Shown here piece by piece: positions 18,825 to 27,016 of a stretch of DNA of 64,000 nucleotides (position 1 is the first letter of the stretch; each line of letters starts with the position of its first letter). Origin of the DNA: Candidatus Hadarchaeota archaeon (GTDB lineage Archaea; CAYQAE01; CAYVLA01). The position numbers and the translations under genes were made by a program. The stretch lies in assembly GCA_964621445.1 (NCBI GenBank), contig CAZUNO010000003.1:138306-202305 (forward strand), given 5' to 3'. The notes under the pieces are model-generated. The model saw nothing but the letters and a program-made list of their open reading frames with translations, did not search any database and was not told the origin of the DNA.

Positions 18825-18876
18825 CTTTGGGTAAAGACCAATAAGCCTCTAGTATACACCATATTATCGTGGTCGA

Positions 18877-21297
18877 GTGAGGGGTCCGGAAGTCGGCATA
18901 TCCAGCCTTGGCGGGGAGTGCATTTCAGTCGCGCTTCTATCCCTGGCCTCGCTTACCCTGGAGATCAGCCTTACCAGGGTTTTATCATTGGTTGCCTGGT
19001 ATCATTTCGCGTTTATGGTGGTTAGCATAGCCCTTTTTGGTTATGGGGCTGCTGGAGCTGTTCTTTCCGTGTTCCCTGGGCTCAGGAAGGATGGGCGGGT
19101 CCTCATTGTCTCATCCTGGATATGTTCCATCGCCGTAGTTCTCTGCCTGGTATTCCCGGTGGTATTTCATTTCGACCCCATGCTGGCAGACACCGAGCCA
19201 TTCCACCTGGTAATGATAGTTTTACAGTATCTTAGCCTTGGTATTCCCTTCTTTCTCAGCGGAATATGCCTGGCTTCCGTGATATCCAGGCATTCGGAGA
19301 GGTCCAGTATAGTCTACTTCTCAGATCTAACCGGAGCCGGGTTGGGGTGCATAGCCGCTTTGCTGCTGCTTCCACTGGGGGGACCAAAAATCCCCGTCTT
19401 CTTCGCCGCGGTGGCGGCGGCCCTTGCATCCGCCATCTTTTCATATGTCCACGGTGGAAGACGTCTTATTTTCCTGGGATTGGCTACTGGATTGGCATTG
19501 CTATTGGTGGGGGGAGTGGTAGAATACGATCCGGAGATCTCCGAGTACAAGGCCATGAGCGCGGTTTTGCGGCAGCCCGGCGCTGAAAGGGAGTGGAGTT
19601 CATGGAATGAGGTGTCGCGGGTTGACGTGCTGAATAGCAGCATGATAAGGTATGCCCCCGGCATGCCCTTCGAGAAGTACTATCCGATTCCCGAACAGCT
19701 TGGCCTTACCGTGGATGGGGACAACCTGGAACCGATAACCAGGTTTAGCGGTAATCTTTCCGATCTATCGTTCATGAGGACTTTGCCCTCCTCGGTTCCT
19801 TACCAGATGTCCTCCAGATCCAGAGTCCTGGTAATCCGGTCCGGTGCCGGTTTCGATGTGCTCAAGGCCCTGGTGAATGGGGCCGAAAGAGTTTCCGGGA
19901 CCGAGAGGAATCCTGGAATTGTCGAGGTGGTTGGTAAGGAGTTCGAGCGGTTCTCGGGGGATATATACTCCCGTGAGGATGTTGACCTGGCGCGGAGGGG
20001 TGTAAGGTCATATCTAGGCGAGGTTGAGGGCAATTTTGACCTGATGGAGATATCGCTTAAACAGGACCCCGTAACCTCGGCTGTGGGGATGTACAGCCTC
20101 TCCGAGAACTACCTTTTCACCACCGAATCCTTTGGTGAGATGTTTGAGCATCTATCCCCGGAGGGAGTCCTGACCGTTACCAGGTGGCTATCCCCTCCAC
20201 CAAGACAGGGGGCCAGGGTGGTGAGCCTAATGGTCGATTGCCTGGAGAGGGAGGGAGTGGATAGAGTTGGAGAGCATATCGCTTGTTTCCGTACATATCT
20301 AACGATTACTGCGATGATTAAGAAGACGCCTTTCACCGTTGCTGAGATTGATGATCTCAGGAGGATTTGTGAGGAGAGATCGTTTGACCTCGTGTATGTG
20401 CCAAATATCACCAGATCGGATGTCAATCGTTTCAACCTGTTTGATCGGCCATACTACTTCAACGCGATAAGCAAGATCGTGAACGACACTGAAAGGGAGA
20501 GCTTTCTGTCGGATTATATCTTCGATCTTTCCCCTCCCACGGATGATAGTCCCTTCTTCTTCGATTTTCTAAAGCTGGGTAGACTGGGTGATATCGCCGG
20601 GGCTCTGGGCCCGGCCTGGAATCCCTTCCTGGAGGGAGGCCTCCTGATCCTGGCGGTTTCGGCGCAGTCATTGGTTGCCTCCTTCCTGTTCATAATGGGT
20701 CCTATTTGGCTATCATCCAAGTTGGGACATGAATTGGAGATGGAGTGGAGGTGGATATCCTACTTCCTCTGTCTGGGCGGGGGCTATATGCTGGTGGAGG
20801 TGTCCTTCTTGCAGAGATTGATACTGTTCCTGGGACAGCCATCACACGCCATGGGGGTGACTCTGTTCTGCATGTTGGTCTTTTCCGGCCTGGGTAGTCT
20901 CTGGAGCGGACGTTTTAGGCCGAGTTCCAGGCTCGTAGGGCTCTGTGTTCTAGGTATCGTGTTTATGGTCCTTGCTCACGTTTTCCTTTTCAGTTTTCTA
21001 ATAGGGAATTTCATGGGGCTGGGAATATGGATGAAATCTCTGGTGGCCGTGTCAATACTAGCCCCGGTAGCCTTCCTAATGGGAATTCCCTTTCCCACGG
21101 GATTGAGGGTTCTGGGAAAGAATTCCCCGGATTCAGTTCCCCTGGCCTACGGTTCGAATTCATGTGCCTCGGTTGTGGCCTCGGCTGGTGCCATGGTTCT
21201 GGCCGGGTGGGGTGGGTTTTCCGGTGTTTTGCTGTTGGCTATTGTACTCTATTTGATAGGTTTCCTTTCCCTAAAAGGTGTTGGGAAAAGCGGATAA
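18877..21297 (+). CDS. Polytopic membrane protein with spermidine-synthase-like SAM-binding domain
   Basis: LEISLTR..YHFAFMVVSIALFG, YFSDLTGAGLG, WNEVSRVDV, ENYLFT.E, TDDSPFFF, PFPTGL. Confidence 0.8.
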   Translation: MRGPEVGISSLGGECISVALLSLASLTLEISLTRVLSLVAWYHFAFMVVSIALFGYGAAGAVLSVFPGLRKDGRVLIVSSWICSIAVVLCLVFPVVFHFDPMLADTEPFHLVMIVLQYLSLGIPFFLSGICLASVISRHSERSSIVYFSDLTGAGLGCIAALLLLPLGGPKIPVFFAAVAAALASAIFSYVHGGRRLIFLGLATGLALLLVGGVVEYDPEISEYKAMSAVLRQPGAEREWSSWNEVSRVDVLNSSMIRYAPGMPFEKYYPIPEQLGLTVDGDNLEPITRFSGNLSDLSFMRTLPSSVPYQMSSRSRVLVIRSGAGFDVLKALVNGAERVSGTERNPGIVEVVGKEFERFSGDIYSREDVDLARRGVRSYLGEVEGNFDLMEISLKQDPVTSAVGMYSLSENYLFTTESFGEMFEHLSPEGVLTVTRWLSPPPRQGARVVSLMVDCLEREGVDRVGEHIACFRTYLTITAMIKKTPFTVAEIDDLRRICEERSFDLVYVPNITRSDVNRFNLFDRPYYFNAISKIVNDTERESFLSDYIFDLSPPTDDSPFFFDFLKLGRLGDIAGALGPAWNPFLEGGLLILAVSAQSLVASFLFIMGPIWLSSKLGHELEMEWRWISYFLCLGGGYMLVEVSFLQRLILFLGQPSHAMGVTLFCMLVFSGLGSLWSGRFRPSSRLVGLCVLGIVFMVLAHVFLFSFLIGNFMGLGIWMKSLVAVSILAPVAFLMGIPFPTGLRVLGKNSPDSVPLAYGSNSCASVVASAGAMVLAGWGGFSGVLLLAIVLYLIGFLSLKGVGKSG

Positions 21298-21298
21298 C

Positions 21299-22087
21299 TC
21301 ACGACTCCTTTATGTGACCGGTCATGGGCACGAAACGAACGTCAATAAGGTGGTGGACCGTCCTCTGGCCATCCTTCCTGGTGACAAGATCCAGAGTCTG
21401 GATGCCATGGGAAGGGCCCACCGGCATTATGAGCCTTCCGCCATCCTTCAGCTGTTGGAAAAGGGGTGCCGGTATGTGGCTTCCGGCACAGGTAACGATT
21501 ATGGCATCGAAGGGGGCGTACTCCTCCCAACCAAAATAACCATCACCGTTCCTAACCTCGACGTTGTCGTAGCCCAGGCGATCCAGGGTCTTTGATGCTC
21601 TTTCTGCCAGCTCGGGCACTATCTCTATGCTGTAGACCTGTTCGCATATCTCGGCCAGAACAGCCGCCTGATATCCCGAGCCGGTGCCTATCTCAAGAAC
21701 TTTGCACTGGTTGGGCCTCAGCTCCAGGGCCTGGGTCATGAAGGCGACTATGTAGGGCTGGGATATGGTTTGTCCATAGCCGATAGGCAATGGGGAGTCC
21801 CGATAGGCCTGGGGCTTCCTGCCGTCGGGAACGAATTCGTGCCTGGGCACGGATTTCATGGCCTGGAGAACGTCCTGGTCCCGGATATTCCTGGTTTCTA
21901 GCTGGGTTTCAACCATTTTTAGCCTCTCATCTGCCCGGTTATCCGAATCCTGGGGCTGGGAGTAGGACGTGTTATTAGTCGGTTCCTCCCGCGGCCGGGG
22001 GGACCAGGCAAGGAATATACCTATGGCTAATATGGTAACAATGACCAGCGCAATCGCAAGTTTCCCGTTCCAGGAAAGCCTTTTCAC
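21299..22087 (-). CDS. pcm: Protein-L-isoaspartate O-methyltransferase with N-terminal membrane anchor
   Basis: VPRHEFVP, GQTISQPYIVA, VLEIGTGSGYQAA, APFDAIIVT, VRFVPM. Confidence 0.92.
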   Translation of the reverse strand: MKRLSWNGKLAIALVIVTILAIGIFLAWSPRPREEPTNNTSYSQPQDSDNRADERLKMVETQLETRNIRDQDVLQAMKSVPRHEFVPDGRKPQAYRDSPLPIGYGQTISQPYIVAFMTQALELRPNQCKVLEIGTGSGYQAAVLAEICEQVYSIEIVPELAERASKTLDRLGYDNVEVRNGDGYFGWEEYAPFDAIIVTCAGSHIPAPLFQQLKDGGRLIMPVGPSHGIQTLDLVTRKDGQRTVHHLIDVRFVPMTGHIKES

Positions 22088-22191
22088 GATAATAATTGAA
22101 ATCAGGGCCTGAAATGATTTTTGGAGCCGAAGGTATTTTTCGAATGATGGCGATAAGATTTAAATCCATTTTTCGGGAGGATGAAGGTACT

Positions 22192-22291
22192 GGGCCCGTG
22201 GTCTAGCTGGTTATGACATCGCCTTGACGTACTCCTTTTCAGGCGTTCAAAAAGGCGAAGTTCTTGGGTTCAAATCCCAACGGGCCCACCA
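22192..22291 (+). tRNA. tRNA-Val(GAC) with canonical 37/38 intron (22230-22252), CCA encoded
   Basis: GGGCCCG/CGGGCCC acceptor, TCGCC/GGCGA anticodon stem, BHB helix TTGA/TCAA, TTCAAAT loop, upstream TTTAAA. Confidence 0.93.
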
Positions 22292-22369
22292 TTTATTGGT
22301 GATTTCTAAGTTAGGGGTTTATCTGTGCGAGATTAGATTATGGAACCAGGGCAATTTCCACTTATTTGA

Positions 22370-22650
22370 AGCCTTCCCGTAATTTAGGCGGTCCGAAGTA
22401 AAATAAAGGGGGGGGCGTTCATGGAGATCTCTCAGTGCTGTTCTGACTTCATTCTTTTTCAGTATCTCTCTCGATATGCTCTAGGTAGTATTCCCACAGA
22501 ACCATGCGGGTCTAGGCCATGTTTCTTAGGCACTGCCCTTGCTTCTAGATCCTTAGTTAAAATCAAATGAATTCCGAGTTCAAGTGAAAGAGAGATTGGC
22601 CTCTTCTATTTGTAACCCATACCGGGCAACTAAGATAACCGCTGATTCCC
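22370..22650 (-). pseudogene. Frameshifted remnant of a DUF3368-type PIN protein
   Basis: Fragments in shifting frames: YGLQIEEA / ISLSLELGIHLILTKDLEARAVPKKHGLDPHGSVGILPRAYRE / ILKKNEVRTALRDL. Confidence 0.55.
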
Positions 22651-23919
22651 TTAATCTCGGGAAATTTCCTCTTCTAGACGGGTTGTACTGACTTCCTTGT
22701 AAAGCCTGCGTCGGACCATCACCGACCAGACGATGAATCCGCAACCCATGGCGGTGCCGGTCACCGCTAGCCATTCAATCACGTATACCCACATTAATGC
22801 CCGGTTCTTGAGCTCGACGGCGTCCTGTTCCACGTTCTTGATCATATTATCGGCTTCTCGGTAGGCGTCAAGGGTCCTTTCGATCTCCAGGTCCAGGTAG
22901 TATGGTGTGGCCTGGGCTATTACCGTGTTGATTTGGTCTATCTTCCGCTCAATTTTATCCGTGTTGGCCCCGAAGGAGTCACAGAATTCAAGTAGGCCCA
23001 GCAGCAGGCTTTTTCGGGTAGCTACATCCTGCATCTGGGACCTGAGGGTGTGAACCAGGTCTATATCCTGCGGCACATCTCGGTGATCCAGGTATATCAT
23101 CAGGTTGCTCCCGAAGTCAATATAGTAGGTCCAGAAGGGCTTTTTTCTACAGAAGAAATAGATCTCACCGGTATAGGCGAATACCCTGGCCTGATTCTCC
23201 ACCTCCCAGGTGACCATGGCCGGGTGATCCTTGAATTTGACGCTCTCGGCATGGGCAAGTTTCCGGGCTCCGGGCTTGAGCTTGACCAGGTTGTGGTGGA
23301 AATCGTTCATGAAGTAGGCTCTTTCTCTCTTCCAGGGCAGGCTGCTGATGAACTCGTGTTCCCTGTCATCTATGCGCAGCAGTATTCCATTTTGGGGGTA
23401 TTGGACCCAGGTATCGATGACGTCCCTGGTAGGTAGCAGCTCCCCTATTTCGGTCTCTCCCCAGGCTGGCCTGCCGAAGGCTCCACCAAAGGTCTCCCAG
23501 CCGCCGAACATGACCAGCCCCATGCCGCTATCCCTCACCCCTCTGGCCAGCATCCTGATGTAGGGCTCTACCGCGAACCGGTTGGCGTTGGAGATTACTA
23601 TAACATCGAACCTCGATGCCAGATCCTTGTATGTCCTGGGCATGTATAGCCTGACAAACCTGTATATCTCCGCGCCCTGACCGGCCTGGATGGGCCCTAT
23701 CGCGCCCCAATCGCGCATAGTTGCCTGCACAAAGGAGATCGAGAACAGAGGGTCTGATCTCATCTCCCAGAAGGGACGCGAGCGAGCCGTACAGCCCACG
23801 TAGAGAACCCCGATCCGTCCATCCTCTCTGCCCGTTACGGAAGGCGGGATGAAAAGAGCCATACATGCAAGAAGGACGAATAATGCTCGGCGGGGCAAGT
23901 ATTCAGCCAAACACTCCAT
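22651..23919 (-). CDS. Secreted, membrane-anchored GATase1-like (DUF1355-type) protein, paralog 1
   Basis: Signal peptide; GLVMFGGWETFGG..W.ET.IGELLP; helical stalk, TM helix and RRRLY. Confidence 0.65.
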   Translation of the reverse strand: MECLAEYLPRRALFVLLACMALFIPPSVTGREDGRIGVLYVGCTARSRPFWEMRSDPLFSISFVQATMRDWGAIGPIQAGQGAEIYRFVRLYMPRTYKDLASRFDVIVISNANRFAVEPYIRMLARGVRDSGMGLVMFGGWETFGGAFGRPAWGETEIGELLPTRDVIDTWVQYPQNGILLRIDDREHEFISSLPWKRERAYFMNDFHHNLVKLKPGARKLAHAESVKFKDHPAMVTWEVENQARVFAYTGEIYFFCRKKPFWTYYIDFGSNLMIYLDHRDVPQDIDLVHTLRSQMQDVATRKSLLLGLLEFCDSFGANTDKIERKIDQINTVIAQATPYYLDLEIERTLDAYREADNMIKNVEQDAVELKNRALMWVYVIEWLAVTGTAMGCGFIVWSVMVRRRLYKEVSTTRLEEEISRD

Positions 23920-24002
23920 CTCTGGTATTTAGATATCCCTGCTTACCGATAAAGTTTTGTCCCTTACTCAGGGGGCGTAGGTTGATGGTCTCCTGATGAA
24001 AA

Positions 24003-24713
24003 TCAAATATGACGGACAAGTCCTTGTATCTCCCATACAGTGTGCATTATTTCTCTAAATGACACAGTTGACTTTCCCCTCCTCCTAGGGGAGTGGGAGA
24101 CCGGTAGCTGGGTTATGCTGAATCCCTTCTTGATGGTTCGGGCCACGAGTTCCAGGTCAAATGCGAACCTATTGCTTGTAATTTCCACTTCTTCGGGAAT
24201 CTTGCGGTCGAAGATCTTCATGGAACAGTCTATGTCCTTTAGACCCTCCAGGGCGAATAGTATTCGGCATACCGTATTGTAGCCTTTCGATATACACCGG
24301 CGGTGAAATGGTTCATCATGGCGCTGTCTGTAGCCGACCACCATATCAAATTCTGGAAGCGGCTCCAGCATCCTTTGAAATTCCCCGATATCGAACTGCA
24401 GGTCGGCGTCAGTATATGCTATGTACTTAAAACGGGACGAGGAGATGCCGGTCATTATGGCCGCTCCATATCCCTCGTTCCTGTCATGAATGGAAATCCT
24501 GACCTGAGGGAAATCCCTTGACGCCTCCCTCATCCTTTTTCCAGTACCATCGGTACTCCCGTCGTCAACCAGGATGATTTCGTATTGGGAAAGGCCAATG
24601 CTGGAAAGGGAGCGGTCGGCACTCCTCGCCGTGTCGTAGATCAGCTGCTGTTCATTAAATGCGGGGATAACAAATGATAGCTTCACTCTGGATGCATCCA
24701 ATGAAATCCCCAT
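24003..24713 (-). CDS. GT2 glycosyltransferase (polyprenol-phosphate sugar synthase-like)
   Basis: VIPAFNE, VDDGSTDGT, N.GYGAA, DADLQ, FDLEL, R..GKS. Confidence 0.9.
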   Translation of the reverse strand: MGISLDASRVKLSFVIPAFNEQQLIYDTARSADRSLSSIGLSQYEIILVDDGSTDGTGKRMREASRDFPQVRISIHDRNEGYGAAIMTGISSSRFKYIAYTDADLQFDIGEFQRMLEPLPEFDMVVGYRQRHDEPFHRRCISKGYNTVCRILFALEGLKDIDCSMKIFDRKIPEEVEITSNRFAFDLELVARTIKKGFSITQLPVSHSPRRRGKSTVSFREIMHTVWEIQGLVRHI

Positions 24714-24825
24714 TGGTTTTCCCTGGGATTTGTACTGGGTCTGAAATATGTTAATGAGGCAGCCGTCCTTGGTGGCAAGGCTTAATATGTGATACAGGAT
24801 GCTGATTATTGATAGGCGGGATTGA

Positions 24826-25191
24826 ATGGTCTGGCTTTATATCTCGATGCCTGTCTTTCTGAACGGTCTTGGTCAGTTGATGCTCAAGAAGGGAGTGGAT
24901 ACCATGCTTTATGGGGAGATCGGATTCCCATCCCTAGAGAAGCTGATTCCGGATATATTGAGCAGCCCTCTGGTTCTGGCCGGCCTGGCCTGTTCCGGTA
25001 TCAGCATGTTGGTCTGGCTGAAGATTCTATCCATCTCCGAGGTGAGCTATGCCTATCCCATAACCGTTAGCCTGACCTACGCTCTGGTGGTGGCTGGTTC
25101 GGGCCTGGTTCTCGGTGAGGATGTGTCCATGATGAGGATGCTAGGGATAGTGGTAATCGTCACCGGAGTGTTCATCGCGGGGATGACCTAG
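24826..25191 (+). CDS. SMR/EamA-like small transporter (ArnE/F-like flippase)
   Basis: GQLMLKKG, VSYAYP, GEDVS..R.LGI; 4 TM. Confidence 0.75.
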   Translation: MVWLYISMPVFLNGLGQLMLKKGVDTMLYGEIGFPSLEKLIPDILSSPLVLAGLACSGISMLVWLKILSISEVSYAYPITVSLTYALVVAGSGLVLGEDVSMMRMLGIVVIVTGVFIAGMT

Positions 25192-25195
25192 GGCT

Positions 25196-26974
25196 TTGGG
25201 AAGGGGATCTGAATTGCGGTTTTCTGGACTTCAGGACAGCCTTTTAATCCTCCTGATAGTTACCGGAATTCTCCTTGCCTTTTCTTTGCAGGGCCTGGAC
25301 CTGACGGATCTTGGCTGGCATCTGACAAACCAGATGTGCACGGTCAAATACTCGCCCAATTTTGACTCCTTTGATTGGACTTTCCTGCTCTCAAACTACG
25401 CAGGGGGGATATGGCTTTCCTTGATTGGAGGGCCGTCTGTGTTATGGGCCAGGATTGGAGGCGCTCTTCTTGTCGGGGTCAATTCGGTTATCGTATATTC
25501 CATCCTCTCCAGGCATTTCGGGCGTATGGAGGTGCTTTTGACGGTACCGGTGACTGCTCTGTTCATTGCTGCTTGCTCCAGCCAGATATTGATACACTAC
25601 TTCTCCTTCCCGGCCTTCCTGCTCTGCGTTGAGTTTTGGCTTTTGGACCGGGCCATGGATGAGAGGTCAGGAACCAATAAGTTGCTAATCGGCATGGGAA
25701 TGGGCGGGTTGCTAATTCCCATAATTCTTAGTTACCTTCCCATGGGCTTGCTGCTGGTATTTCCTCTCATCGCGATCACCTACATCCGGCTCACGGATGC
25801 CTACCTTGAGCTTAGAAGGGTTTTTGTGGGAGCTTTGTTGGGGTTATCGATATCCCTGGTTTTAACCCTGGTGGTATTTCTCTCTGCAGGAATCCTAGAG
25901 GGCTTCTGGGATGCCGGTATCTCGTTGATTTCCGGTGGTAGAGCGGTCGCCGACCATGAGGCGGCTGACCTGATCCGGCTCTATGCCGCTGACCTCAGGA
26001 GGGTAATCTTGCGGACCTTTCTTTTAGGCTCCTTTCTCCTTGTTGTGTACAGGGCCAGGAAGCACGGTGGAAAAGCGCTTCAAGTAGCGGTAGGAATAGC
26101 CTTGGCCGGGTTTATTGGCGGCGTATTGTGGGCGTGGACCGAGGGATTAATCGCCATTGATCCCGGAAAGGAGCTAAGCAGAGTGGCCATGGGCTGGATA
26201 TTCGTCGCCACCTGGATCGTGCTTTTCAGGGGGGATGGGCGGAAACCTAGACTGGATATTCTGGTTCTGGCCGGGGTCCTGGCAATGATTGTGACCCCAG
26301 TGGGCTCAAATGGCGGCCTGGTCAAGGCGGTCTACGGAATGTGGTTGATTCTACCCCTATCCCTGCTTAGAGTCAAGGATCTTCCCCCGCCCTCGTGTCC
26401 AGGACCCCTTCGATGGCTGCAAAAAAATTTCAAGCCCATCGTTATTGTTTTACTTGCTCTTTCTCTGCTGACGCTCTGGTTCACCGTTTATCGGGACCAC
26501 TGGAACCGGTTGGATCTGACCACTGGTTTTTCGGAACCTTCCCTTGCGGGGATATATTCAACCCCGGAGAGAGTGGAGGCAGTGGAAGGGGTTTTGTCCT
26601 TCCTGGATAAAGAGACCCAGAAGGGGGACAGAACGCTTTTCGTAAACGTGGTCCCCCTGATATATTACCTAACGGAAACCAGGCCGGCACTAAATAACTC
26701 CTGGCTCTTTCTGGAAGAGCTGGAGAGGATAAAGACCAGACAGAGAAAGGTTAACAAGCTACCTACCATATTTGGTTACACCTCGAGTTTCCCGGACGAT
26801 GAATGGCCCGACGAGAAGAAGGAGGGGGATTCAGGTAATATTTCGGAAAAGATAGAGTTCCTGGAGATTGTATATGTCAATGAACTGGGATACGAGCTAG
26901 CCTTCGAGTCCGACTCGTTCGTGATGTACTCCCGCCCCGGAGAAGATGCCAATGTTAACCATCGAGAAACTTAA
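25196..26974 (+). CDS. Polytopic membrane protein, probable GT-C glycosyltransferase
   Basis: QGLDLTDLGW acidic loop after TM1, about 12 TM, C-terminal soluble domain; GT2 and flippase context. Confidence 0.55.
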   Translation: MGRGSELRFSGLQDSLLILLIVTGILLAFSLQGLDLTDLGWHLTNQMCTVKYSPNFDSFDWTFLLSNYAGGIWLSLIGGPSVLWARIGGALLVGVNSVIVYSILSRHFGRMEVLLTVPVTALFIAACSSQILIHYFSFPAFLLCVEFWLLDRAMDERSGTNKLLIGMGMGGLLIPIILSYLPMGLLLVFPLIAITYIRLTDAYLELRRVFVGALLGLSISLVLTLVVFLSAGILEGFWDAGISLISGGRAVADHEAADLIRLYAADLRRVILRTFLLGSFLLVVYRARKHGGKALQVAVGIALAGFIGGVLWAWTEGLIAIDPGKELSRVAMGWIFVATWIVLFRGDGRKPRLDILVLAGVLAMIVTPVGSNGGLVKAVYGMWLILPLSLLRVKDLPPPSCPGPLRWLQKNFKPIVIVLLALSLLTLWFTVYRDHWNRLDLTTGFSEPSLAGIYSTPERVEAVEGVLSFLDKETQKGDRTLFVNVVPLIYYLTETRPALNNSWLFLEELERIKTRQRKVNKLPTIFGYTSSFPDDEWPDEKKEGDSGNISEKIEFLEIVYVNELGYELAFESDSFVMYSRPGEDANVNHRET

Positions 26975-27016
26975 GAACTACTCTATTCCAACCCAAACAA
27001 GGTTAGGGTTGATCCT

